A DNA stretch of 50,959 nt, counting the filler, from Sphacelaria rigidula (lineage: Eukaryota), in NCBI GenBank assembly GCA_964200075.2. It is 2 parts of 2 records of this genome, joined end to end, with 100 filler letters (N's around TTAATTAATTAA, not from the genome) between each part and the next. Parts side by side here need not be neighbours in the genome. Positions count along the whole stretch, not along the records: positions 1 to 25,437 come from CAXNAA020000165.1; 1 more part is not named here. One strand, 5' to 3'. Each line of letters starts with the position of its first letter. Position 1 is the stretch's first letter. Below the pieces are notes generated by a model, which had not been told where the DNA came from, searched no databases, and worked only from the letters and a program-made list of their open reading frames with translations. Shown in pieces: positions 1 to 13,200 of this stretch. Made by a program: the position numbers and the translations under genes.

Positions 1-2264
1 TCGCCGTGAGTGTAGCTGCTTGTCCATTGGGGGCTCGGCAAAAGCCTCGGTTTTGAGTTCTGCTCCAAAACTTTATGAGAACAACAACAACAACAAAAAC
101 GCTCGGGAAAAGCCGAAAATACGTACGATAAATGCGGCAAAACCTCCAAACGGGCCTATCTTGTGGGGCAGAGGAAGTATCATTTACAATGAGGGCCTTC
201 ACACACCCTGCCGAGAAAAAAGTGTCTCGTGTATTAGAGGCCGTTGACTCATGGATGCTCCGGAGAACGGGGTGTTCATTTTATTTGTCCTCTTTCATCT
301 ACTGTACTCCGTGCGTGCCAAAAATATCCTTGAACATATACGACCACACTAAATTCAAGACATAGAAAATACACAACAAAAAGAAAAAATGATCCGCTCA
401 AGAACATGAGTGGTGTCGAGATAGAAACATCGTCACCAGCAAGTCCCGACGGCATTTTGAACCTCTCCCCCCCCCCCCCCCCCACCTATTTTTTACCCAC
501 CCTGATCAACTCGGGGGAAGCTATGTCTCTCTCTGTTTTCCTGACGGTTCTCTTATTGTTTCGAAATTTGGTGTTATTTTGCTTCTTTCGTTCTGCTTTT
601 GTTTTTCTGGAGACTCAGAAAAAACAATGAGGGTTCCATCTCTTGCGAGGATTAAATAGCATGCACGGTATTGGAAAAACGAGCTTGCGTCTGTTACCAC
701 GGATTCGAGAGATCGGGCAACTCGTAATGTGTGGAAATGATAATAATGATGATGATGATGATGATCTGAGCACGTTTAGCACGGGGGAGGAGTTATATCT
801 CTTGTGTGATTCGACACCTTTTGAGTTCATTCCTTTCGATCTTGGTTGATTTTTTTTAATTCGATTCCCGCTCGTAAAAGGATCCGTCACGAATCTTTGC
901 GCGAATCTCAAGACATTGACGTACTCGGCGACACCACGACGGAAGTACCCCCTAAACAAAATGCGCGACGAAAAAAAACGATAACAAAATATGCGAAACG
1001 CCAGCGCAGGCTCGAGCGAATCCTTTGTCTCTACAGAACACGATTGTCACACAAATTATCGCTCGCATTTCGAGGTCGAATGCTGTACGTGAGATATCTT
1101 CGATCTTGAACGTATCCAGTATGCTTGAGCTCGAAACTTGCTGTGCGCACGAAAAAAAGAGAAGAGGATCATGCTTATGCTTGGATTTCTTTTTTTTTTG
1201 CCCGTACATCTCAACGGGAAAAAAAAAAATCTGACCGGGCTGTTGAGTAGATGGGCATCTGCCCCTTGAGTAGACGATGGGCAAGATGTGGGGATCACGG
1301 CTCAATTACTCTGCGTCAATGGGATGTGGTTATGACCCTTTACATCCGTCTAAGGCTGGCCCAGATCGTATGTCTTGGGTATAACGCCATGTTGTGATGA
1401 CTGCTTGAGTCGGAGCGGATCGAATAACGTGAGATAATCAACAAACTCATCAACCAATCGATAAAATTATAGTGTCGGGGACTGGACCAGTATCTACTGA
1501 CAGTATTCCTGTACTGGCAGTTTTCCTGTACTGCGTCAGAGGCTGGCAGTACAGCCAGTACATACCCATCTTACGTACGTCCTATGTCATGCCTCCTAGA
1601 CCACATGGAAACCCACCGAAACTGCGCCGCATGAGAGGCAAGAGAGGAGAAAGGTTGAAAACAGGGCACACACACACTAGAGGAAGACCACAAAACCGAT
1701 GGACCAATATGTCACTAGCAGCAGCAGCCCGCCCGCTTCAGACCCGAGTCCGGGGCCTCAGATCCCTGAACCCACCGCGGCCTCTAGCGAATCACGATTG
1801 TTGAAGTTCTTCTCTGGGTATACTAACAGTTATTTGAAGAAGAAACGTTCCCTGGGTATACTAAACACCCGGGCAGGCATCATCGAAGTGGCCCAAAATC
1901 ACCCGAAAAATATCTTTTAGTGAAGCCAAATCGGGTAAAAAATATGCCTCCGGCCGGGCCCCCTCACCAGCCGGGGGGGGGCGATGGTCGCGGCTTCGCC
2001 GCGACACCAATGCACTAATAGGATCCAGTAAACTGGCTGCTCTCCGCAGCCAGTTTACCTGGTACTGGCGCGTAGCGCCAGTCCCCAACCCTATAAAATT
2101 AACCAATGAACGCGATTGTTCCGGCAGCGAAGGCTCCCGACTGCTGTTCAGTAAAAAATACCACTTGACCGCCAGCGAATCGATCACTGTGGCCGATAGT
2201 GCAAGCAGAGAGAGAGAGAGGGGAACGGCGAATGACGACTATGGTTGAACAAAAACCCGACAAC

Positions 2265-4580
2265 CTTGCCAGTCAAAAAGACGATTGCATTGTGCTTTAC
2301 GAGTACAGCTACGGGAACGTATGCAGGCCGAAACCAGTCATCCCTGTCACCGCACCTGATGGGGTCCTGCGGTACTTCATCTGTCGGGTCCAGCATGGCC
2401 AACTTCCCCTGTAACACTACGCCGCTGTTGCCTTCCTTTCCTCCGTCCCATACCGGCCCACCATAAAGACCACCATCACGATAATATTGATCGCTGCTCT
2501 CCTGTAGAAAACGACAAAAAAAAAAGACGCACGGAGAAGCATCAGCAAATTTCCTCGCAGAATTTGCATATGAGTAGGGAAGCAACGGCTTTCGACAGGG
2601 GCAGACGCTGTACAAACGTAGTACACACCGAAGGGAAGAAACAAAGTCCAGGTCGATATTCCTTGAAATCAAGCGGAATGCTTAGGAGATTCCCCTCTCA
2701 ACCCGTCCCTTCTTTGCTGTTCCCCGTCCTCGGCCGAGTCGAGCGACACAGAGCTCTACAGCAACAAACAACAGCCATGGTCGCCACCACCAGCCACACA
2801 GCAACAACAACGCAAACTCACCCCGTCGCTGCCACTGCTGCTGCCGCTACTGCTAGCATCACTGCTCCAACTCCTCGCATTGCTAGAACTACTCCACGAT
2901 CGTCGCCGCCGCCGGCGCGCCGGCGGAGGGGGGGAGGGGCTTGCAGACGGCCCCCGCATTGCCATCATGCGCCGCCACCCCAACGCCGCCGCCATCCCAC
3001 TCGCCTCGTCATCACTGCTGTTAGAAGTAGCAGCAGCAGTAACATCAGCAGTAGCAGTGCCTCCTGTGGACCGCTTCTTCGCCGTCGGCGATGAGTTTGT
3101 TCGGGGGCGGCGGCGGCGGTGGTGACCAGTGGAGGTGCGGCTACGGCTGCGGTTGGGATCTGCACTGGCGCCGAGAGGATGTTCGCGGTCTTTCACTGGA
3201 CGGCTGTCTAGGGAGTCGTTGGAGGGGGCTCGGTTGCGCTCTCGCCCTAGGGAGTCGACGCTCCTGATTGGTTTGGTGGGTTTGTGGCAAGTGGTAAATG
3301 GAATGGTTGGGACGTGGTTGGGGTGCACGGTATTCAAACAACTTTTGAATAAAACTAAGGTGTGTGTTCAGGGACTAAGATTCGACCTCTGGGTGAGGAC
3401 TGGAAGTATTACAATCTACTTGAGGGGGGGGGCGAGGGGGATTCAAATGAGGTGGTATATGACAATCGAAGGTCAGAAAATAAAGGGAGTCGGGGAACGG
3501 GTGGTGGGTGTAGGAGAACGTGAGCACAGCATTTGTACGCTGTTGACACGACTGGGCACAGGTGTATGTGTTGCGAGCGCAAAGACAAGTTACTTGCCTG
3601 CATATGGTAAGATCTCGCAGCAGTTTCACGTTCAAGTTGGCGGTGTATCAAAGGCGAGTAACTAACAGCCTTCAATATACGTTAGCCCTTGGACGGCGAG
3701 AGTAGGTCATCTGTTGAATCGGCATCACTTCCACTTGAAAAAGGAATGCATGATCTAGCTGGACTGCCCTCGTGGTGCAAGGGTTGAACTGACACACGGT
3801 GAGACGGGGGCGGGAGCAGGTCACGAACAACCACAAAAACACAGCAGGACATTAAACTAACTGGTACCGACCACTTCAAGAAGGAGAGTAGGGCTGGCTC
3901 GTAATCAGATGTAACATCCATGGCCGACTTTTTCTTGTCTGGTCAAAATGTGCAGGGTTTCTTTTCTGCCGGAAGAGTCTTCGATTGTACCTGCCTCGCC
4001 TTTGATGACTTTTTCTGTCTTGTCAAAATATTCAGGATTTTTTTTCTGCAGGAATTGTCTTCGAGTGTACCTACCTCGCTTAGAAAGGGGCTACAAAATA
4101 TGAGTACAAAATCGACCGCTTCAACAAGGAGAGTGGGGCTGGCTCGTGTTGGAATGTAACATCTATGGTTGACCTTTTTTTTTTTGTCTTGCCAAAATGT
4201 GCAGGAATTATTTTTTGCCGGATGAAGTCTTCGAGTTTACCTACCTCGCTTAGAAAGGGGTTACAAAGTACGAGTACAAAACACAACGTGCTATATACTT
4301 ACGGTAGTCGTGGCGAACCAAAATTTGACCACCTCTCGCCGGGCGAATAAAGATAGAAAAGGTACAATATCTTCACGCACCCGAGGCTTGGACTCCTACT
4401 CCTACTTCTGCCCCTGCCCTTGCTGCGCTCCTTCTTTTCCTTTTTACCCGCAGCGCTCTTCCGTTTTTTCTTCTTTTTCTTCTCCTGTGTTCCTTCAGGT
4501 GCGAGCTTGTGCTTCCGCTTTTTGCGATCGACATTCTTCCCCTCCTTTCGCCGCCTACGGCCTGACCCCATTCCTTGTGC
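2265..4580 (-). CDS. Three internal exons of a minus-strand gene: Lys-rich/RS-rich (NLS-like) region followed by a likely globular segment; function unknown
   Basis: Exons 4580-4381 (AQGMGSGRRRRKEGK...KKKKKKRK...RSRSRSPSLG; donor GG|GTGCGT, phase 2), 3263-2822 (acceptor ATCAG|G, phase 2; donor GGG|GTGAGT, phase 0) and 2501-2265 (acceptor CTACAG|; ESSDQYYRDGGLYGGPVWDGG...AIVFLTGK; donor AAG|GTTG). Phases are mutually consistent. The gene probably continues toward and beyond position 1. Confidence 0.7.
3684..3790 (+). repeat. Dispersed ~100-bp repeat, three copies (3684-3790 +, 7295-7400 +, 8870-8960 -)
   Basis: Shared core GAG(A/G)GTAGG..A...G..GAATCGGCATCA.(T)TCCACT.GAAA...TGATC.AG.TG.AC. 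Confidence 0.7.
3867..4285 (+). repeat. Local ~245-bp diverged tandem duplication in an intron
   Basis: CGACC.CTTCAA.AAGGAGAGT.GGGCTGGCTCGT...ATGTAACATC.ATGG at ~3868 and ~4112; TACCTACCTCGCTTAGAAAGGGG at ~4068 and ~4238. Confidence 0.75.
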
Positions 4581-6139
4581 CTACAAAAGCGTAGAATGCA
4601 AGGTGCCATGCGGCGAGTGCGTTAAAAACCATATTGTTCGACGAGTGACGGTGGCGCCGAGATCTTCACCCTTTGAGCGCAAACAGATGGATAGCCATGG
4701 CTGACGGGAAAATTATACTGATTCAACAGACGCGTACACTCGGTAGTTCGAAGGCCTAGCCTCTGTACCCCTTATGCAGAGACCCTTCCTGTACTGTAGT
4801 CTGGATAGAATACACAGAAGGCATGTTATACCCAGATATCATACTATCTGGCCTTAGCTAGATCGGAGTTGAACGCTCGTTTAGCTGTGAAACTTGCCTT
4901 CATTCCTCGTCGATGGCAGAGCGAAGGATGGAGGGTGTGGGGTAGGTATTGGCGAGCAGTTTGGAGGGCAGAGCAATTCAGAAAAAAACGTTTAGACACA
5001 CAACTTACACAACTCAAATTGAGATGATGATGGACGCATTATCATCAGGTGGATATCCTCATCCGTGTTAGATATCGTAAGTAAGGATATGCGGTTGACC
5101 CATCTTTTCCCGCTGGGGGTCCCTGCTGGGACCGGGGCTGGCGTAGGGGGTGGTATTCTCCGTTCCCCGTGTACCATACGGACTTACTTCTCTGGAAGAA
5201 AACTACCAAATCATCAGAACGCACGGGATTTTAGAGAACACATCTCAGGATGCTCGGGTACATCATACCGTGCATGAGCAAGGAATATAGCCACCTCGGC
5301 GTACTCATTGTTAGCTGGTCTAGCCATGGTAGCGTACATGTGCTGAAGTACGGACAGTTATCAAGTCGGAAAGCACTCACGGAGCCTCGTGCGAGACATT
5401 CGAATGTTGAACCACAGCACAGGCACCATGCCGTACCCTTGATCAAAAGACTCGGACAGGGCATGCGGTGAACAAATCATGGATTATACAGCCGGACATC
5501 ATACCTCGGCTTGCTTCAAGCTGGCCTGAAGTTGCATGTTTCGCCGCCAGGCTGCAGCGGCCAACTCGGCATCTGTAAACCCCGAAGGCCTGGCCATGGT
5601 CACTACCGTCACCGTCGCCAGGTGCGTGTCCACCGATGTGTAGGATCAATGACTTGCAATGACGGGGCCGAAAGTGGACCCTTTGTCACCATCTAGCGGT
5701 AATTCTACGAATACTCTGTGCTGTACTTTATCTATCACTCAGGTTCTATGCTGTACAATTGATCCCAGCAGCGCGCAGAGCAGGAGGGTGTTAAAAGCGT
5801 TACAAATTCCCACACGCGACATCAATATCTCATCCATTCCCGTTGATAATATTCTGATCAACTGCAGGGCCCGCCCGGCACTGGTGGTACCATAGCCCTG
5901 CAAGACACATCACTTCTCCCGAGGTGCTACCGCCCAAGGGTTTTATGGAGTTCCGTGTCATACCCATTGACCACCACAGAGAAAAACACCCATTTCTCAG
6001 CGTATGCTAGGTGGCTTCACCGCCTGTGTCGCACTGTGCTTCGCTCGTATAGTTCTCGTCGTGTTGCGGCACGTGAAACATCCTCGTATATACATGTGAA
6101 GCGATCACACATATTTTCCTCGTGCATTTCCTTTTCTAG

Positions 6140-6479
6140 CCGGTCGCCCCGGTGGCTCAGTTGGTGACCTCGTAACCCTCTGATGGTTGAGTTGTGGGGT
6201 TCGATTCCCGGAGCGATCTGAGATTTTTCTTACACCATGCCCAACAATGGAGAGCGACCATGTCGTCGGTACACAAAATCGACTTGACAGTCGACGAGTG
6301 ACGGAGACTGCTGAACCCCTCTCGCGGTAAAAAAGAAAGGGAAGCACCGCAGAAGGAAGGTGGGGCATTAAAAACAAATAAAAAGAAAAACGCTCCTCCT
6401 GTGTTGACCTTCCTCCTGTGTGACCCCGGCTGATGCGCCCACATATCACGAAAGGGGTAGACTGGCGCCCAGAATAAAT
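6140..6479 (+). mobile_element. tRNA-derived SINE-like element, family A
   Basis: The head has Pol III A-box TGGCTCAGTTGG (6153-6164) and B-box GGTTCGATTCC (6198-6208). The 3' body (GTTGACCTTCCTCCTGTGTGACCCC...GCGCCCACATAT..AAAGGGGTA) recurs at 15123-15472 and 16170-16384. Confidence 0.75.
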
Positions 6480-8439
6480 GGGACGATAACACGACAAAAC
6501 AGTAAGGTACAGCGGGTCTGACGACGCACCAACTTCGTTTGATGACAGCTGGTAGAATTGAAGGTCAGTGAAGGTCGGGGAACCAATGAAGATCCTGTCA
6601 TCGTTGAGGTTGCGTCCATCGCAATGTTGTATGCCGTAGCTACCTCCGGCGATTCTATCACTCCGCAAAAACAGATTCACTGCGCACTACTTTCTTCGAC
6701 CTATAGCAGACTTTGATGATCATGCACCAATCGTTTGAGCGCCTACAGGTGGATACGCAGTAGTACCTGAGTCCTGGGCTCATTTTCGAAATACATGATG
6801 CCGATTCAGTGGATGAGCACAGTTCAGGATGCAACAAGAAGAGCTCGCAGCCAGAAGTAACGAGGGCCTTTTATCGTTCGTTGATACAAAGAAGAAAACG
6901 CCAAGTGACCATTGATGCCATTCCACAACGGCTTTTGTTATTCGACCCTTTGATCAGTTATCCGAAAGCTGTCTGAGATATTTATCGTAACTAACGACTC
7001 GATAGGTTGGCTGCTCTACCACCGTCTCAGATACCCAAACGCAAGCCGCATCCACGGTATGGTTAGTCCTTGCCGGCGCATGTTTGTGGAGAGCTGTACG
7101 CTGGGCCCGCATTCGGGGCCGCTCAGGCGCGAGGCTGAGCTTCATTCGGATAGAGTACGATGTTTGCCAAGGAATGAATGAACGTTTCGACTCGGAAATG
7201 CGCTTTGCCGGTGCCGGTGACTTTTTGGAACAACGGACAAGTTCAATGAGATAACCAGTCACACGAAAGCGCGGTCATTTTTTGTTTCCCACTTGAACCC
7301 TTTGACCGCGAGGGTAGGTCAAGTGCGGAATCGGCATCAGTTCCACTCGAAAAAAATGCATATGATCCAGATGTACTACCCGCATTGCGGTCTGATAATC
7401 TGGGAATCTGCTGGAATTTGTGTGCAGCGCTCATGTGCATCTCTGCACTCTGAAGCGTGACCCATGCTAGTTATCCTTGCTGATCGAACTCGTCGGCAAC
7501 CTGATAGCTGGGCCCTCCCTTTAGCCAGCTCGGGAGAGGCAGAGCTGCAGGTAGTACAGTGGCTGGGGAGAAATGATATAATTTGACCCAGACATCCTCT
7601 TTCGACGATTGTTCCAACCAACGCTTGATTGCAACACACAAGGGTTGTACTATACACAATACACATACAGTATATTTAAATATTTCCCCGCCTCTCCTGT
7701 CTGTTGTGCCCCTTCTCTCTCACGACTCGGATGTGATAACTCGTTGTTCATACCGTACTCGTGCAAACAAGAAAACTGGCCTATTCTTGATTTCGAGACT
7801 TTCTCAGAACTTCCAGAAGTCTACCCGATCGAATACAATTGTGGTGGCCATGACACCTTGCCACCTTGGAGAGACCAACAAGACGAACCTACTCCCCTCT
7901 CGCCGTCTTCTCCAAGAACAAGATCAGACAGCATAAAACACACGTCATATATGAAGAAGAAATCACTATCACAACCATGATCTCTCTCCGATGCGAAAGT
8001 AGATAGCGACATGGAACCATACACTTCTGGAGCTTGAAATACTCAAAATACCAAAAGAAGCACACGAAATAGATTTGTGGGGATGCTCTGCTGCGCGTGC
8101 GCGATTGCAGTTCCACTTTGAACGCGGACGTTCATTTTCCCGAACAATTTCCACGACAACTTTCTGTTGGATCTTCAACATAAATCCTGATGGTGTAAGG
8201 ATCCAGACCGGATACTCACGCACGGCCTGCTCCAACGTGTTGGATGCCCCCTCTCCCCCAGCCTACCTCTGTCAGTCCAGTCCTTCCAGTTCGGTTCTAG
8301 TTGTGAACGTGGCTTCTCTGTGCCGCATAAGTTAGGATTGCGTAAGAAGTGCAGCGGAGCAGCTGTATATTGTGCTACTTGCGTATCAACGTCCAAGGTG
8401 AGCCTCGCTGGTTTCGTGTTTCCGGGTTATGGTGTGTAC

Positions 8440-9931
8440 CTTGGCAAAGATGTGCTTGTTAACTGAGGTTTTTGGTTCATCACAGTCAACCGCGCTTCTG
8501 TCGTTCTGTGTGCGGTGCCGGGAGAACAAGTTGCGGTAGGTGCAAGGTGCTAGAACGCCAGCTGATGCAGTGTATGGTCCGTTGAAAGATGATTGGTTTC
8601 TGTGCTGGACCCGCAACTTCATTGCCTTTTGTCAGGTGGTGCAAGGTGGTGGTACTGACAGTAAAGTTTGTCTACAACACCACATTTTCGTGCTGTATGT
8701 CGCATAGTACAGTCGACCGCTCGCGAAACATACCACCTTTTCTGAGTCCGTCTGGCGTTGATGCTCAAATTTCAAGAGAAGTCGGGAAACACTCGCTTTC
8801 TGTGTTCGCGACGAAACATTTCTTCAGCAGCTTGCGAATACTTTGTCTCTCTTGGTCTAACCCTCAATCACGTTGCGAGTTGTCCACCTGGATCACCTAT
8901 ACTTGTTTCAAGTGGAGTGATGCCGATTCAGCAGGTGCCCTACCCTCCCGACGAAAGTCCATCTGGATCATGCACACTTTCAAGTGAATTGAAGCCGATT
9001 CAACGGATGACCTATGCTCTCTGTCAAAGGGTTGACTATGCGCCCACCCGCATGCACATTTATTTGCACCTCGTTCTTATTCGGCAGAGGATGTCGTCGT
9101 CGCCATTCTGTGCTATGCTATATCGTTTCCGGTTGAAGCTGTTGTGTCAACGTATCGAGTCTACAATAGGCACGTCTGTCTCATGTTTGCCGTTCTGCTG
9201 CTGTGAGCTTCGTGCGTGCCCCTACTTTGCCCTACTCGCAACGGCCACAGAGAAAAGGCCGACTTCTGTTTTATGACGGAGGTGGTCGGCATAGTTGAGT
9301 GAAGAGTCTCGTTTTGTTTTTTCGCCTGCATTTCGCGGCGAATCTTCTCGTATCTGGATATGAGATATTCTGGGGGGATTCTCGAACGACATGTGATTTC
9401 CAACGTTTTTGTCGCCGTTCATTATACTTCAACTTCCCAGACTCACCACCCGCGCGACGGATGCGTGCGTGAAGATTTTGGCAGCAGTGAAGCCCATTTT
9501 CGCTTCACGACTATCCCTCTCCACCTGTTCCGAGGAGGTTTAGACAGTCTTCGACAAAGAGCGAAGCGTTTCACCCGCCGACACATATTGTATCCTGCTT
9601 TGTCCAACGATCCCCCCTTGGCATATTTATGGTCGTGTAGTTCACCCTCAAAAGTCCCGTGTAAACCCCACTGGAGTCATGCAATGAATATTCGACTCAT
9701 CGTCCATGTGCATAGGAAAGTCCTTGAAAAAACATAACAAACCCTGTAGGTGGGGTTGTGCTCGCCTCTCGGGATGACAGTTACTTCATTCGCTTTCGTC
9801 TCCCCTGCATTTGAGTCGCTTGTGAAATTGCGATTCCGCGGCATGTATGTGCGCCTGAAGCACCCGTCTTGCTCAATTGCGCACATCGAGTGGCAGCAAA
9901 GCTTGAACTTATCAACAAAACTCTGGAACAT
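8440..9931 (-). CDS. Probable 5' exons of a minus-strand gene (possibly the same gene as 2265-4580), head-to-head with the multi-knottin gene
   Basis: Exons 9931-9785 (MFQSF...GETKANE|GTAACT), 9524-9447 (VERDSREAKMGFTAAKIFTHASVARV|GTGAGT) and 8625-8440 (AMKLRVQHRN...KHIFAK|GTACAC), all phase 0. The start codon and the link to downstream exons (candidates near 8220-8320, 7030-7220, 6530-6650) are unresolved. Confidence 0.5.
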
Positions 9932-10130
9932 GCTGGAAATGCCGGAAGGACATGGTGGCTTGCAACCTTTTTACCTCTATACAGGAGCGATGGTGGTCGT
10001 TTCCGGCTTGACCTTCGTTGTGGAAGATAGAAATTAACAGTGTATTGTAGTCATGAAGGCAACGAAGTGACGAGGTCCACAATTGCCTCTCTCTCCCCTC
10101 CCCTTCCCCTGTGCATCTGTCATTGTTGGA

Positions 10131-10269
10131 ATGCCTTCGTTGTCGCAGATGCGGACTGTTGGTACGGCGACAGTCGTGCTGTTAGCCGGCCTCCCCGCCG
10201 TGCTGGGCACATGGGGACACCATGGTGGAGATGAAAGATATGGCAAGGACGACGACAACGACTACGTTG
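10131..10269 (+). CDS. Exon 1 of the multi-knottin gene: signal peptide plus short His/Asp-rich N-terminus
   Basis: ATG at 10131; hydrophobic stretch TATVVLLAGLPAVLG; ends GTTG|GTGAGC (phase 1), matching the phase-1 acceptor TGTAG|GA at 12050. Confidence 0.75.
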
Positions 10270-13200
10270 GTGAGCTGACAATCTGTTTCACATATTCAAA
10301 CACAAAGAGACACCACGTCATCGCCCCCCAGAAAATCAAAACCCTTTAACCGGCTAGGCCAGTCATCTGGGTCTAAATTCATTGTTTGACAAGCGAAAAG
10401 TTATTCGAATTTAATAGATTAACCACACTGGCGCTCGAAGGGTTAACGCCTGCCTGGTATAACAGCATTTTTGTATGGCTTTCGGCCTTTCAGAAATTGG
10501 CCTATCGAGTTTGTTCTAGCGAGTATTTCCCCGTTGTTCACCTTGGGTATGCCCATCTTGTACCTCCGGCTGCAATCCTCGGGAAATAGTTGATGTGCGA
10601 CAATTAATCAATCCATCCATTGTAAACAATCTGGATGCGCTAGAGGCACGATGTTTTCGTGCACTGGCACGGCACATTGTGTTGGCAGTCCATGAGACCG
10701 TTTGACCGCTCATGCATGAAAGGTGCCGATTTCACCGATAGCCCAGTCGGTGGTGGTCCAAGGGTCCTTCGATCACGTCGGTGCATCACTCACCCTTTGA
10801 ACCGGCATCTTTTTCGATTGAAAATACGTGCAAGGCCCAACTAATTGACCCTCGTGATCAAAAGTCCTGAAGCTGCAGATTATTTGTCCCATCAATGTAG
10901 GGTGTATGTAAACAGCCAGAGCGTGGCAGGATATTAGATTTGCAAATCGGAGACAGATGGTTAGAATGTTCAGTGTTCAATGATTTGTTCGCATCAGTCT
11001 TGGATTGAAGTTCGAGTATCTAGATACCGATAGCGGACGCCTTATTGGTGAGGAAAAGGGCGGTTGCTGCCGTAAGTTTGGGAGTTCAAAGTAATACTAC
11101 AGTACAGCACGGTACGGTACTGCACAGATCCGTGTTCTCAGGTGAGCGGGGTTGCGTTGGATGCCTACTCTGCCGATGTGCGAGAAATGACTTTCCAAGG
11201 GAGGTTAGGGTAGGGTACGCAGCCTGGGGTACCCTGCCTCTGTATGTTTCGGATACTTTCGACTACATATTAATAGTTCCCTATCGTAGGGTTCTGAGGG
11301 TATCGACCACCCGAAATACCTAGTATTACAAGGGTGTGTCGGGTAGGGTTGATACCCGGGTATCTAATGTCGCGCTTTTTTATTGCTATGGTCCGATCTC
11401 CAAACTCTACCCAAATGGGTGAAGTGGCGTACGATCGCAATACTCTACTCAATGTCTAGGCATTGTTGAGTACGATCTCAATACTCGTACTCTATGCGCG
11501 CTTTGTGTACTCAGTAAGATTCAAGAAAATTCCCAAATGTAAGAAATACCTCCCTTAATACTCCCTTGCAGTATGCCAGGGTCCCAGGGTATCGACATGC
11601 CGAAATACCGGACTGTAACCTACCCTACCATACCCACGTATATGTTCTGGCTGCATGAGGACCTCAGTCTTCTGTAATGTGCTTCTCGCAGTCTTTGTCT
11701 GCTGCCACTGTTTGGATTGCGCATATGTGCGCGTACTTGGATCTACAATAGGGTTTCGAGTGTTGAAGCGTGCGTGTGCCCTTTGAATAGCCATCCAAAT
11801 TTAGAATTAACCGACCTGGTCCTTCAGTATTCACCCATAACTTTGCATCCGCATTACTTCGGTCAATACCCCCCAACTTTGAAGATTCATTGTTCGTTCC
11901 ACCCACCCTGTGTACACTCCAAAAAACGATGTCACTGGATGTTTGAATTGACTGGTTCAAGCCTACCCTCGCGCAGCCCCCTGCTCCCCGTTCACTCACA
12001 TTATCCCACCCTTGGAAACGCGTCGTCCGTAACTTGTCTTGCTGTGTAGGAAGTGAGTCTACAGTCAACTCCTCATGCGGCGAAGTGGGCGAGTACTGTG
12101 GTGGTAGTCACTGGTACTCGTGGGGCAAGTCGTCCACCGAGTGCTGTAGTGGCCTTGTGTGCGAGCACAACTACTGCGCAGGTGAGGATTAAACTTTGCG
12201 AGTTTGGCACGACGCTATTTATACCAATGGCAGTATGGGCCCGTTACGGATGGGTTTAATCTTTTCATTCATTTCGATCATTAATTCATGAAATTAGTGA
12301 CAATTGATGAAAACATGAATGAAAAATGAAGCCCGTTGATGTTATTGTGACGAATCCTCGCGCCTCTGACGCAGAGGAGCAATGCCGCGGTAGGGGTGCA
12401 CACTGTTTTTTCTGGAGCTCTTTGCTGTAGGAGTGACTCTCGATCACAAATGTCAAATGTCTGTCTTGTAGTGCAGCCTCAGCGTTTCGTGATATTGAGA
12501 GTAGATGATTGATTGAGAGCGGGTTTAATCCTTGGCTTTCATGTGACCAATTTTACAGTATGTGTGTTTTTCTCGCCTGTACCACTAGCGTGTGCTTACA
12601 GCTGCACGTCCATATCCTACTCGGGGATATCAATGGCTTCAGTGGAAAGCTACTACGAGAAAGATAATATCGGGCCTCGTGGAGAGTCATTTCGGAACTG
12701 AAACGATTGGTTAATTAATTGAACGCTTTTCACTCTCGATCGTGTCCTCTATCCTCAATAGCACGAAAGCGTTGTTGGCATTACTCAGAGCTAACAGCAA
12801 CGGACCGAAAAACATCAATCAACAACAGCTGGGGTGATCAGAACACCACACTTCCTTTGTCATGGGAAGAGTTCCATTCCTTGAAGCACATATTATACGG
12901 CACTCGCAGTGACCGCCAAGCGTTCTACCTGTTCGCTGTCAGTAGAAACAGAAAGGAAAACGGAGAGAAATACATGGCAAACAGGGACTAAGCTCAAATG
13001 TAGTACTAGTCCTGAACAGAACTCAACGGGCCCCCGCCAGTGCTTTCGGTGAGAAGGCTGCAAAAAGTCATGTGGGAGTAAGATGCGACTCAGCTATGTG
13101 AGAACTGCCGTTCTCGAGCGAGAATTCTCACCCGCCAGCTCGTCTGGAGCGAGGCACGAGCATGAATGCTGTGAAGTAGTATGATCTCTCGGGAAAAAAA

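Noticed and set aside
640-765. Possible LINE 3' end with (GAT)n tail
   Set aside because: No RT coding remnant or second copy is visible in the window, so it cannot be supported.
6140-6215. tRNA gene
   Set aside because: It has A and B boxes but no convincing acceptor stem or cloverleaf, and it continues into a body repeated elsewhere, so it is a SINE head.
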